Both the position numbers and the translations under genes were made by a program. A stretch of 59,637 nt of DNA, counting the filler, from Basidioascus undulatus (Eukaryota): NCBI GenBank assembly GCA_000826855.1. It is 3 parts of 3 records of this genome, joined end to end, with 100 filler letters (N's around TTAATTAATTAA, not from the genome) between each part and the next. Parts side by side here need not be neighbours in the genome. Positions count along the whole stretch, not along the records: positions 1 to 19,824 come from JTLS01000395.1; positions 19,925 to 39,740 come from JTLS01000396.1; 1 more part is not named here. One strand, written 5' to 3'. Positions 11,228 to 23,932 of the stretch are shown piece by piece; position 1 is the stretch's first letter, and each line of letters starts with the position of its first letter. The notes under the pieces are model-generated. The model had not been told where the DNA came from. It saw only the letters and a list, made by a program, of their open reading frames with translations, and made no database searches.

Positions 11228-14200
11228 ATGACTGATGGATTCACGTATTCGAACGAAACGGAGGGAGACGAGGTGGTCGTTCCCAGGCGAACGTCAGATG
11301 GTGCCGCCTCGAGCTCCTCATTGACATCGCCCGAGGTACACTTCGCTGGTCTTCAGGAGAACTACTTTGCCAGAGCTCATGATATCTGTACCACTCCAAT
11401 TCTCCAGGACGATCCATTTCCTCACCTCGTCGCCTCTGCCCTGGAATCGCTCACGGCTTCACCGCGCTACCGTCCAACTTCACCACCATCTCCACCCATC
11501 CCACCCTCTCGCTCTTCGTCACCCTCGCGCGCCTCACCTCTGCGCCGAACTTCAACCCGCTCCGGACGCGTCCATTCTCTTTCCACCCCCGGCGCCCCCT
11601 CCCACCTCGCCGAGGGCAGCCACCTCGCGCCCAAGCGATCCCTCGGCAGCCTCGCCATCAACCTCGCCGGCCTGTCCAACCTCGACCTCGGCGGGCTGAG
11701 CAACATCCGCGGAGAGGGAGATCGGCGCGGGCTCAGTCCTTCGGGGCGCAAGATCGCGCATACGCAGATACTGCTGAACGGCGGCGGGAGGCTGGGGACG
11801 GGGGAGGGAATGGAGGACGACGATAAGGACGAAGACGAAGAGCTGGAGGAGTTCGCGGACGCGCAGTGGCTCCCCCTCACTCCGAAACGCACACCTTCCC
11901 CTCCGCCGTCCTCAGCCGGCCTCTCCGCACAGCCAAAGGCGTACTCGTCCGAGCCGTCTACACCCTATGTCGCTCCTGCCTCCCCCACATCCCCTACCTC
12001 TCCCGCTTCCCCCGCGTCCCCAGCATCGCCCATCTCCGCGACATCGCAAGACCACATCGGTGGCGGCAGTCCTCCACCTCCGTCCTACGTCCCGTTCTCG
12101 CTTTGGGACTACCTCCAGGAAGAGCTCCTTGCGACGGACGAGACGTTCGACAGCCATCAGGAGATGAAGTGGGAGCGCGTGACGAACTTCTTGAGCGTCC
12201 CCGCGGCATTGGAGAAGGTGCGTCTAATGATTATAAAAAACTCAGTGTGAAGCAACTTCAATCCCTATTCAATTCTTGCCCACAGCTCATCGCATTCGGC
12301 GGCCTCGTCTGCCTCGACGCCTTCCTCTACACCTTCACCATCCTCCCCCTCCGCTTCCTCATCGCATCCTACCACCTCATCACCTCCTACGTGCATCACT
12401 GGCGCTCTCGCACGCGCTCACGGCGCCGGTATGTCGGCACCTGCCCTTCCGACGTTCGAGGAACCCGGCTGCGATGGAAAGCTGACCCCCAACCGGCACA
12501 CAGGTACCTCTCCCCCGCCCAAAAATGCGACATCCTCAAGTTCCTCCTCTTCGTCCTCTCATGCATCTTCCTCCAGCGGTACACCGAACCCTCGCGCATG
12601 TATCACGGCGTGCGCGGGCAAGACACGGTGAAGCTGTATGTCATCTTCAACGCGCTCGAGGTCAGTGCCTTTCTCTTCCGTTTCCCCCGGAAGAGCGCTG
12701 ACGGAGAAGTTATCTCACAGATCGCGGATCGCCTCTGCTGCTCGTTTGGCCAGGACCTCCTCGACTCGCTCTTCTCGCGCTCGACCCTCGCCCGGCGAGA
12801 CGGCGGCAAGGCCCAGACGCGGTTCCGCACCCTCGTCTATTTCCTCCTGTCTCTCGCCTACGTCCGTGCGTCGATAGTCGTCTACTTAATCTCTTTTACT
12901 TTCCGGTTAAGGCTTTCATGTACCAAGCTAATGGACTTTCGTACACTATCCCAGTCGCCCACTCGCTCGTCTTCCTCTACCAGCTCGTCGCGCTCAACGT
13001 CGCCATCAACAGCTATGACAACGCGCTCCTCACGCTCCTGCTCTCGAACCAGTTTGTCGAGATCAAGGGCAGTGTGTTCAAGAAGTTTGAGAAGGAAAAC
13101 TTGTTCCAGATCACCTGCGCCGGTGCGTCTCTTCGAGTTCTCTTGTCCGGTATGATAGAGAGCTGATCAGAGGGTGCGCTGGTACGCGGCGGTGCGGCGG
13201 TGAAACAGACATCGTTGAGCGGTTCCAGCTCGGGCTCATGCTCTTCGTGATTGCCTTCCGCAACCTCATCGAAGTCAGCGGCTCGGACTTCACGTTCCTG
13301 CCACGCGCCTTCATCCGGAGCTCGTCTCAGCTCGAGACGATATTTTCTGTACCTCCCTAATCCTGGTCTCCCGCTTCACCCCTTTCCTTATCTTGCACAT
13401 GCGCGCGAGATGGACTGACGGAAGGATACACGCACGCGAACAGCCGGCCTTCATCGTCCTCCTCTCGGAGATGCTCGTCGACTGGCTCAAGCACGCATTC
13501 ATCACCAAGTTCAACAATATCCGTCCCTCTGTTTACGGGCGCTTCATCGACGTCCTTTGCCGGGACTTTGTCCACATCGGCAGCGCCGCTTCCCCCTCTG
13601 GCGGCGGATCCGGAGGCCGCGCACGCCGCAAGGTTCGCGAAACCCATCTCTGTCCCTTCCCCAGCAAACTAGGCTCATCCAGTCTCCCTTTACGCGTTCA
13701 GAGCGCGTTCGTCGATCAAAGCCCCGTCATCTCCCGCCGGCTCGGCTTCGCCGCCATCCCGCTCGCATGCTTCGTCGTGCGCGTCGCGACCCAAGCGCTC
13801 GATATGCTTTCGGACGATTCGCACTTTGACGAGTGCGCGCCGCGGCGCCCGGAGGGGGCGACGTTCCTCGCGCTCCAGCGTGGCGGGTGGCTCCTCGACG
13901 TCAGCGGGCTCGGGTGGAAGCTCACGATCGCCCAGTGGGCGGTCTGGGGGCTGGTCGCTTGCGTTTGCTGGATCTGGTACTTACCGTTCTCCGCTCGGCT
14001 ATTGTTGTGCAAGCTGCGTGAAGGGCTCATGCGTGTGCGGGAAATAGCTTGGTCGCCCTCAAGCTTTTGATCGGTATCAACCTGCTCAGCTACGCAACGC
14101 ACCGCCACGCCGACATGGAGCGCCGTGCATCCGAGGATGCAGTTAACGACTTTGGGAGGGCGCCCATCGGCGAGGGCAAGGAGGAGCAGGTGCGTCCCTT

Positions 14201-14544
14201 GGAACGATCTCTGTTGTCTTTTCCCTTCGTCGAGGAAGCTCTCCTGCTCACCTCGTTACTTTGCCGCGGGCCTTATAGAAGTACAACAGCAAGCTCAAGG
14301 GATTGTTGAATCGTCCCGAGGATGATGCCTCGAAGAAGAAGGGAAGGATACCGCTCGAGGAGCTCAGTAGATGTTGGTATCCGTTTCATGCAGTTTGCGT
14401 TCTACCTATACTGACCAAGCACTCGTCATTCTTACTCAGATGATGTACGTTTGCCCGCTTGCGCGCGAGGGACACGGTGGGGCTTAATGGTATCGTTGCT
14501 GACCCTTTGCCGATCTTTCGCAGATGCTCAAGCGCATTTGGTGA
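11228..14544 (+). CDS. EMP65: TAPT1/Emp65 (DUF747) ER membrane protein
   Basis: KWERVTNFLSVP, FGGLVCLDAFLYTFTILPLR, SRMYHGVRGQDTVKLYVIFNALE, LNVAINSYDNALLTLLLSNQFVEIKGSVFKKFEKENLFQITC, SEMLVDWLKHAFITKFN. Ends LEELSRYDMLKRIW* using a 5-nt exon. Confidence 0.93.
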
Positions 14545-15094
14545 TTGTTGTTGGGGTGCTATCTATGCATACGCCCTGCTACACGCTTGCTGCAGGTTCA
14601 CGATGCGTTGATTCCCGCATGTTGCTGAAACTGCGAGAGATGCGTTGTGCAGAGGGAGAGGGAGGCCGGTCGGCAGGAAACTTGCTCTCACCAACGGCGC
14701 ATTCTGCAGTGCGGACAATCACGTCCAGAAGGTCAATCATATCGTGTTCATGGTGATAGTGTCGGACCTCGCGGCAAGGAATGGGGAAGCGGTGCAATGC
14801 ATGGCGGGGCGGGGCGGACAGTACAACAACAGATACAGGGGGGAGGGTCGGGTTTCAGATGATATGCGAGGCAGTGCTTTTGAGTCTTTCTTCGAATAAG
14901 TAAGTCTAAAAGAGGTCCGCGTCGTAATGCTATTCGTGTACGCCGACGTCGAGCTGTCTGTCCGCTTTCACAGTGCGCGACGCCTTGGAGCGGTGAAAGG
15001 AAAAAGGCTGAGTGTTGCTATCTAAAGGTGACCCCCGGGTATCCCTGCGGCCGAAATGGAAGTCAGTAACGTCCTGTCGTGAAAATTTGGTAGG

Positions 15095-16330
15095 CTATCG
15101 TACGAAGTGTGACGCGACAGGCGATGGCGGCAGCGGCATGCCGTACCAGGGTGCGTTCGGGGGCATGATCGTGCCTGAGAGAAGACGGTCATGTACGCTC
15201 AGTCTAGGGAAAAAAATCGTTCTGAGGATATGTAGTCTACCATATCTGGGGGTGAAAGCGGCAGAATACCCGTAGCCCGCGACTTCCATTGACGGCCGGT
15301 TGACGCGCAGCCGCCAGTCATCGCCGCTCCACTGCGCCTGTCTGCGCTCGTGCTTGTAGACCTGGTCGAAAACGTATCTGCATACCCTTTGAACCGTGAG
15401 TGATGCTTGTGAAGCGCCGTGAGGAAGCCTGCACGAACCCAGGCGAAGTGAAGTAGCGGACGTGCTTGAACGTGAGAGCACGAGTGCGAGAGGCGATACC
15501 CGACGGCAGGTCGTTGAGCTAGCGCGGTAAAAAGCCTTCAGCACTGTCTCTCTTATTCCATGGATTGAACTCACGTCGTTCTCGAGCCTTGTCAACGTTG
15601 CGCGAGCGATGTCCGTGATGGCGTCTCGGTCGGCTGGGTCCTTCCGACCTTGGAGACCCCAGAGCCTGCGGGGGTAGCACCGAATTTCAGACAACATAGA
15701 TAAATGAATTTTAACTGGTACTCACTTCACCCCCTCCGCGATCGCCATTGCCGATAGCGAGATCCTGCGCTTGGCCGTGTTGCCGCAGGTGAAAGCTGCC
15801 CCGCCGAACGACGCGTGCGAGCACTCCCAGTCGTGTAGCGCCTGCTCAGATCCACCCTCAGCCCTTCGCTGTTGATTGGAAGAGCCTATACGATACCTGA
15901 AAGGCAGCGGCGAAGCCTATTCCTGAGTGCTCAGCACTAGCTCGTAACGCGTACAGAGGACTCGGCAGACCCACCGAGCTGGGCGGGCGAGAAGTGCAGG
16001 AGATTATGCTGTTTGCCCAACCTTCAGTTGCCAGAAACCTCACGGTTGTATGTCTTGAAGCCCGATATCAGACTGACGAGGCTGGAGTATACGAGCCGGT
16101 GAGCCTCTTGGGCCTCGGCGAGTCCCGCAGCCTTCCCACCGAAGAGGAGGTCTTTCAAGCGAGAGAATACAGAGGGGTACGCTGCGAGCGGGGAGTGCCC
16201 GTCATGGTCGCTCCAGCGGTAGTGGTGGCGGTGGTTATAGGAGCCTGAGAGCATAGCGGCGGTTGGCGGGGATTTGGAAAGGCGGAGTGGACGTCAAGGT
16301 CAAGGGCGCAGAGAGGCATACAGCCGCGTC
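15095..16330 (-). CDS. Hypothetical multi-exon gene; 5' end unresolved or damaged
   Basis: The 3' exons splice in phase through GT-AG introns (ALHDWECSHASFGG...LWGLQGRKDPADRD...YVFDQVYKHERRQAQW...HFVR*). I could not join the 5' exons without a stop. Confidence 0.4.
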
Positions 16331-16655
16331 GAGCAAGTCGCGACAAATGCAAATAAATGCACGTGAAAATGCCGGCCTGCTTCGACGCGGAGTTGTCCAG
16401 TCGTTTCGGGAGACTGCAGCCAAATTTGAAGAATACATCATAACCCTCTGTAAGTGCGATCTCAATGAAAACTACAAACGCGCAACAGACCTCTCCCAGA
16501 ACTGCCGAAACCTGCGCACGTGTCGATTCACAGCGCTGCGCGACGCTTGATTAAATTAAGGCAAACATAGTCGCATGCTTGTAAGATCGAGTGTATGGGA
16601 ACTGTAAACGTTGTGCAAGTGACATGGCCCCCCCCTCCAGCACTCCCTACAACAC

Positions 16656-17135
16656 TCAGAAGCAGTAAGCGTCCGCACAGCAGTACAGGCAGATACCGCA
16701 GCAGACCCTGTCACACCAGGCCCGCATTGAGCGCAGTCCTGCAAAAACCTTGCCACCAAGCAATCATGGAAAGTTTGATCCCACGACTCACATTCCTCTT
16801 CTCGTCCTGCTGGACGTAGACCGGCTGTCCTTGCGGAGCCGGCTCGTTGAACCTCGCCGGATGTAGCGCGACATCATGCACTCGATCTTCATTCGCCTGG
16901 TCAACAGAAACGCACGCTGTCCCCAAGCCTTGCCATCCGGAGGCCCTTGCGGAGAGTAGGGTTCTGCAGAGGATACTGACCCTGCGGTGCGTACTAGCCC
17001 TGGGGCGCGTAGTACTGTTGCCCAGCGGGCTGACCGTAGTACTGCACAAACGTGGAGGTCAATGGAGACCCTTTGACTGCACCTCCGAGGAAGAGTGCAA
17101 CAAGAGCCTGGACCACGCACGTCTGAGTTGGACAT
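16656..17135 (-). pseudogene. CYSTM-type (Pro/Gln/Tyr-rich, Cys-rich tail) small membrane protein, disrupted
   Basis: MSNSD|YYGQPAGQQYYAPQG*YAPQGQYPLQ-(frameshift)-PYSPQGPPDGKAWGQ...PAPQGQPVYVQQDEKRN...CCGICLYCCADAYCF*. In-frame TAG at 16994-16996. Confidence 0.75.
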
Positions 17136-17373
17136 GGGAGGGGTTGGGGGTAAAGCAACATTCGTCGGTCGTGGTTCACCAATTGAGAAGTGTCGATGAA
17201 GGCGATGGCTGCATGCAAAATTCGAGTTGGGGGATAATAGAAGAGCGCTGTAGATGCAGTGTGGACAACTAGAGGGCAAATAGACGACGAACGATGAAGC
17301 AAGGCGATTAACAGACTGAACAATGCAAGCGACGAGAGGGGCGGAAAAATAATAGGGAGGTAACAAAAGTGAA

Positions 17374-19215
17374 TCAAGAATGCGCAGAGTCCTGGCTCGC
17401 ACGCTGCCGGTATGCGGCCATCCCAAAGTCGTCTGGCGGGTCGGCGACGGCCTGTGTCGCAGTCTGCGGCGGCTCCTGAGAGAAGGGACGCTCGAGATAC
17501 AGGCCCAGCCCCCTAACGTCCGGCGCGGAGCTGCGCTCGTCGAGGCGCACCGAGCCCTCCTTGAAAGGGGAGTCTGGCGCGACCTGTTTGCCGCTGGGGA
17601 ACGATGCAGGTTCCGCCGCAGCCGACGCTGACTGCGCCTGCTGTGCGGCGGCGTCGTCGCGCGCCCAGCGGGCGAGCTCGTCGAACATGGGCGAGTCGAA
17701 GGAGGCCGCGGTGAGGTTGTCGGCGCTGAAAGGGGTATAGGGCGTGAAGGGCGTGTAGGGAGACGTCGATGCAGAATAGACGGAAGAGGATGCTTCGTGA
17801 TAGTCGAATACTGCGGTCTCGAGCTCGGAGGCGGGAAGTGTGAGAGACAAGAACGCCGGGTGGGCGGAGAGCTCGTCCGCTGTCCAGGTGCCGCTCGTTG
17901 ACGGGCGGGCAGCATCCGACAGGACGGCGTCAGGGCTGGCTGAGCCAGGGGAGGGAGAGGGAACTCCGCTGCTGCTACTGCCGCTGGCGTCCGCACCGGG
18001 GTCGAAGAACGGCGCGGTGTTCAGCGTGAGCGACGCTGGCGCCGACGCCAGACCGGACTGCAGCCATTCGGGGGGCGGCGGCTCGAAGAGGCTGGGCCAA
18101 GCGGCAAGGACCTCCTGCGGATCGACGAGGTACTCCGCCGGCGTCGCCTCGGGCGTGCCGATCTCTGCCCACGACGCAGCGAGACGACTGGGCGTGTCGG
18201 GCGCAGCCAAGTCTTCGGGCGAGCCGAAGTCGAAGTTGAACTCGTCCGCCGCGGGAGTCGAGTAGCCTTCGAAGGCTGTTCCGGAGGTGACGGAGGGTGT
18301 GCCGGTCGCGAGAAGCGGGTCGGGGAGGAAGGGCTGCGGAGGGGGAGGGGGGCGGTCGAGGGAGGAGGCCGGGGAAGGGGCTGCAGGTGCGTTGTATGCG
18401 CGGATCGGGGTGGGACGCTCGACGAGGGGTGCGAGCGTATCGGAGGGGGTAGAGTAGGAGATGATTGGGTCGCCGACAGTTGGAGTATCGGGTGGTAGTG
18501 GCGAGGCGAAATCGGGAAGGGGCGAGGATGAAAAGGAAGACGAAGACGCAGCGGCCTCCGAAGCTGCTCGGGACATCACCGACAACGACGGCTCCTCGGC
18601 GGCTGCAAAATGAGCGCCCTTCAGGAATCGGATGACGCCTGACTCCTTCTGGGGCGACGAGCCGGCGGATGCGGCGCCCGTGCGCTTGGGGACCTTGGGC
18701 TCCTTTTTTTTCGGCTGAAAGCGATAGTCCGGGTACTGCTGCTGGTGCTGCACCTTGCGCAGGTCTGCCAGCTGCTCGTACTTACGCTTGACGTCTGAAG
18801 GCTCTTGTTTCCAGAGCTCGGCGATGAGCTTGGAGAGGTTCGCCTGCGGCCGGCGCTCGTCGCCCTCCTCCGTTCTGGCAAGGAACAGCAGTCGTCAGCC
18901 TGCAATGCCAAGCGTTCACAGCGATGCGACTCACCGCATGTCGACAAGCTTATCGCTTCGATACAAGATCCAAGCGCTGGAAAGAGAAGTATGGCGATAA
19001 AAAAAAAGTCTGCAGCATTGTATAATCGAAACTATAAGGACTCACTTTGGAGGGCGAGGAGTATGGTCTGGTTTGGGCTTCTTCTCGCGCTTTGGGCGCG
19101 GTTTGCGCTGCCTCGGGGGCGCCGAAGACGTTCCCGAGAGTGCATGGAGGGCGGGGTTGATCTCGCCGTAACCAGCGGGAGGTCCGCTGTAGGCGTGCTC
19201 GGTGTGGTGGCGCAT
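17374..19215 (-). CDS. MATA_HMG-box transcription factor, 3 exons
   Basis: Spliced HMG box KPDHTPRPP|NAWILYRSDKLVDM|R...PQANLSKLIAELWKQEPSDVKRKYEQLADLRKVQHQQQYPDYRFQPKKK, then a long Ser/Pro/acidic tail. ATG at 19213-19215. Confidence 0.9.
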
Positions 19216-19824
19216 CGGGTGGGTATATGGGACAGGTTCCGGGACGGCAGCAGGATGGGGCGGAGAGTGGGAGGGAGGGTAGGGCGAGGGCTGATGGAGT
19301 CGAGAGTCGAACGGAGGGCGAAAGGGGGACGGATGGGGCGGGGGGAAATGAGGGGGAGCCGGAAACGCTGGAGATGCAGCGTTGCTTTGGTGAACGGTCG
19401 GCTGATTGGTGTAGGGGGAATCTGTTGGTCAGAGTCGGGGATTAATCAGCGATTAGGCAAGTGATGTGCTGCACAAGAAGCTCCGGGCAAATAGACATGA
19501 GAAAGTCAAAGCAGGCGAAGCTCTGTGGACGCACCGTGACAGTCTGGTGCGACAGGGCTGGCGTTCCAACTATACACTGCAGCGATGCCGCCTCGCAGCA
19601 GGACCGCTCCTTCGCGCTCGACTGGAGGCATCGTCTCCGCTACGGATGTGCGTTTCTGAGCTGGATCCTCGCTGGGTGCGCGCTCTCGTGGGGGCTTGGC
19701 GGCGGGCGACAAGGGGGTTGGCGGTGGGCGACAAGGCGCAGCGTCGGATGGTGCGGGGCTCGGAGGCGAGAGGGTCGCGAGGGAGGGGGAGGGGGAGAGT
19801 GGGGGCTGATGGGGCATTGCGCCA

Positions 19825-19924
19825 NNNNNNNNNNNNNNNNNNNNNNNNNNNNNNNNNNNNNNNNNNNNTTAATTAATTAANNNNNNNNNNNNNNNNNNNN
19901 NNNNNNNNNNNNNNNNNNNNNNNN
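19825..19924. other. Assembly gap spacer (N44 + TTAATTAATTAA + N44)
   Basis: Seen directly. The 12-mer gives stop codons in all six frames, typical of an artificial contig linker. Confidence 0.97.
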
Positions 19925-19928
19925 TTCT

Positions 19929-20235
19929 ACGCGTAATACTGGGCCATCAGAAAGAGACCTCCTAACGGTAAAGTATGTGCTTTCATAGCTTAGACCGAGC
20001 CACTGTGCATCAGCTCAATATCTGACATTCAGAGCCAGCAGCTATGCGCTGACTCTGGAAAGACGGCAAAAGCACGCGTGGGTGAGCCCCCACAGTTTCT
20101 GGTTGAAAAATCGGTATTATATTTGAGTACATAAGCGATGATACTGCACTCACACATATTGTTCGGCCAACGCAGGAAAACTGGCCTGGGCAGCTGGGCA
20201 TACCGATCGCGTTTGTTGTGGACGCGTCGACGCGT
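19929..20235. promoter_or_regulatory. Cluster of four MCB (ACGCGT) elements upstream of MCM2
   Basis: ACGCGT at 19929, 20074, 20222 and 20230. The last two form the perfect palindrome ACGCGTCGACGCGT. Confidence 0.7.
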
Positions 20236-20444
20236 TAAATGGGATGTCTCAGATCTTGCACGCCTGTCGAAGGCGCGCCTTGCTCTTCGCCCCTTCGCCC
20301 CTTCCCGCCTCCCTTCCCTTCCTCCTCCTCCACCCTCTCCGCAGGATCCGCATTCCCATTTTACATACCCCGACTCTATCACAAAACGACTACCATCTAC
20401 AGTTGATACCCTGGATCTGGACATCTCATCGTCACCGCCCCATC

Positions 20445-23400
20445 ATGGCAAGTCCTTCAATGCTACACTTGCCCCATCGTGCTCGTCGAGCTCAACAGCG
20501 CTTCCGACCGGCAGTCCTCATCACCTCCCGCTGCTCAGCGCCCCAAACGCCGTCGCGATGACGATGACTCTTCCCTGCCCGACATACCCGCTCAGGCGTC
20601 CGGCCGGTCTGGCGGGCGGTCCTCGCCCATCCCCTCTTCTCTCCCGCCGTCGAGCCCGCCGCCGCCGTTCTCCGACTTGGACGATCTGGACCTTCTCGGC
20701 GAGCCGGATGAAGACGAGGAGGGCGAAGGTGACGGGGAGGATCTTTTCGGGGAGGGGATGGAGGCGTAAGTCGGCTGTGACATGCCCCGGCAAGTCATGC
20801 TCGGCAGGCGTGCTAACGCGCTCCTTACTTCCACAGCGACTACGACGAGAACATCCGCCTGGACGCATACGACATCGCCGACTTGAACGACGACGAGGAC
20901 CTTGAAGAGCTGGACCCTGCTGCGCGTCGGGCGGCCGAAGCCAAGATGGTGCGCCGCGATCGGCGCGAAGGTGCCGGGCCGGGGCGACGCAAGGGCCGGA
21001 GCCGCGCGCCGGCGTTCTTGCACTCCGACGAGGAGGAGGATGATGAGGACGAGCGGCTGCTTGGCCAGCGCAGGCGGAGGAGGCACTATGACGAGCGGAG
21101 GGACGTGGATGATCTGGAAGGCGAGGACGAGGTGCGTTGTTCCTTTTGCGCCCCCGGGGAGGGCAAGGGGTTGAACTCGCTTTTTGTGATTGTGACACAG
21201 GAGATCCCGCTCGAGCACCTCGGCGACATCAAGGCGGCGAGCCTGAACGAGTGGCTCTTGATGGACAACGTCCGGCGGAGCGTCGCCAAGCACTTCCGCA
21301 ACTTCCTCATCACCTTCACCGACGACCAGGGCATGTCAGTCTACGGCCAGCGGATTAAAACGCTCGGCGAGAGTTCGTTCTTCTCTCTTTGCTTATCATC
21401 CCTTTCGCCGCATCTGCTCACATGCTCGTGCAACGTACTCAGTGAACTCCGAGTCGCTCGAGATCTCGTACCTGCACCTGCTCGAGTCCAAGCCTACGCT
21501 CGCGTCCTTCCTCATCAACGCGCCCTCCGAGACGCTCAAGATCTTCGACGACGTCGCGCTCGACGCGACGCTGCTCTACTACCCCGACTACGAGCGCATC
21601 CACTCGGAGATCCACGTGCGCGTGACGGAGCTGCCCACGGCCAAGACGCTGCGCGACCTGCGTCAGACGGACCTCAACCAGCTCATCCGCGTCTCAGGCG
21701 TCGTCACCCGCCGCAGCGGCGTCTTCCCCCAGCTCAAGTACGTCCGCTTCGACTGCGGGAAGTGCGGCGCCGTCCTCGGCCCGTTCTATCAGGACGGGAA
21801 CAAGGAGATCAAGATCAGCTTCTGCTCCAACTGCAATGGCCGCGGGCCGTTCCAGGTCAACTCGGAGCAGGTGCGTGCCGCTGCTGCTCTGCAATTTGGA
21901 CGGCGCTGACTGATATGGGGGAGATGCAGACCGTCTACCGGAACTACCAGAAGATGACGCTACAGGAGTCGCCCGGGTCCGTTCCCGCCGGTCGTCTCCC
22001 CCGCCACCGTGAGGTCATCCTTCTCTGGGACCTCATCGACTCTGCGAAGCCTGGCGAGGAGATCGTGAGTTCGACTACCGCATTCTATTTTTCTCTAAAC
22101 ACGTGCTCACATCCGCCATGTTTTCAGGAGGTGACCGGCGTCTACCGCAACAACTTCGACGCCTCGCTCAACTCCAAGAACGGCTTCCCCGTCTTCTCGA
22201 CCATCCTAGAGGCGAACCACATCAACAAGAAGGAGGACATGTTCGCGTCGTTCCGGCTCACGGAGGAGGACGAGAAGGCGATCCGCGCGCTGGCGCGGGA
22301 CGACCGGATCGGGCGCAGGATCATCAAGTCCATCGCGCCATCGATCTATGGGCACGACGACATCAAGACGGCGATCGCGCTCTCGCTCTTCGGCGGCGTG
22401 CCGAAGGACATCAACCGCAAGCACCGCATCAGGGGCGACATCAACGTCCTCCTCCTCGGCGACCCCGGTACCGCCAAGTCTCAGTTCCTCAAATACGTCG
22501 AGAAGACCGCGCACCGCGCCGTGTTTACGACCGGCCAGGGCGCGAGCGCCGTCGGTCTGACCGCGAGCGTCCGCAAGGACGCCGTCACGCGCGAGTGGAC
22601 GCTCGAGGGAGGCGCGCTCGTCCTTGCCGACAAGGGCACGTGCCTCATCGACGAGTTCGACAAGATGAACGACCAGGACCGGTGCGTTCTCGGTTACTTT
22701 TCCTTTTCCTTGTTCGTCCTCTTTCCTTCCCGGCGCCGACGATGTTGCATGTCACGGTTGTGCAGGACGTCCATCCACGAAGCGATGGAGCAGCAGTCGA
22801 TCTCGATCTCGAAGGCGGGCATCGTAACGACGCTCCAGGCGCGCTGCGCGATCATCGCGGCCGCGAACCCGATCCGCGGGCGCTACAACCCGACGGTGCC
22901 CTTCAGCCAGAACGTCGAGCTCACGGAGCCCATTCTCTCCCGTTTCGATGTTCTCTGCGTCGTCAAGGACACCGTCGACCCCGTCATGGACGAGCTCCTC
23001 GCGCGCTTCGTCGTCGGTAGCCACCTTCGCAGCCACCCGACGTTCGAGCCCGAGACGGACGAGGTCAACGTTGGGACGTCGTTGGACGCTGACGTGCATT
23101 CATTCCCCCACCCCCTGCCGCCCCCTCCGGTTCCCACCAATCGCGAGACTGACTTGGCCGGCCTCACAGATCATCCCGCAAGACCTCCTGAAAAAGTACA
23201 TCATGTACGCGCGCGAGAAGTGCCGTCCAAAGCTGCACCAGCTCGACCAGGACAAGCTCTCGCGGCTGTACGCGGACCTGCGCCGCGAGTCGCTCGCGAC
23301 GGGCTCGTACCCGATCACTGTCCGCCACCTCGAGAGCATGATCCGGCTCTCGGAGGCGTCCGCTAAGCTCAGCCTCCGCGAGTACGTCCGCAGCGACGAC

Positions 23401-23932
23401 ATCGACCTCGCCATCCAGGTCACCGTCGGCAGCTTTGTCCAGGCACAGAAGACGAGCGTGAAGAAGACGCTGGAGAGGGTACGTTGGTCTTGCCGCTCTG
23501 TTGCTTGCTGCTTGCGCGGGCCGTGGCTGATCCGGCGGGAGATGGTGTTCGACAGGGCCTGCGCAAGTATGTCCACCAGGCCAAGGATTCCGAGGAGCTC
23601 CTCGCCTTCCTCCTCGGCCAACTTGTCAAGGACCGCGTGCGCCTGCACCGCGCAACCAAATACGAGGATCCCAAGACGGTGTCGATCACGATTCAAGACC
23701 TGGAGGAGCGCGTGCGTCGTCGTCTCCCCTCTTCTCCTTTCCCTCCCCTTTCCCTAACCTCCGCAGATGTTTAACCGACGGGTGCTGACGTGCGACCGTT
23801 GCACAGGCCAAGGACGTCGACGTCTTCGACGTCCAGCCGTTCCTCACGTCCCGCCTGTTCACGACCAACGGGTACCAGCTCGAGGACGGCGTGATCCGGA
23901 AGCACTTCCGCACGCACGACAACGCGCTTTAA
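20445..23932 (+). CDS. MCM2: DNA replication licensing factor MCM2
   Basis: Acidic N-terminus with ARRAAEAKM, zinc finger CGKC...CSNC, Walker [10 protein letters not shown], Walker [10 protein letters not shown], arginine finger [16 protein letters not shown]. First coding exon is a bare ATG followed by a GC-AG intron (20448-20514). Confidence 0.98.

Noticed and set aside
19869..19880. TTAATTAATTAA palindrome repeated at 39785-39796 as a biological repeat
   Set aside because: It is centred in identical N runs and is an all-frame-stop assembly linker.
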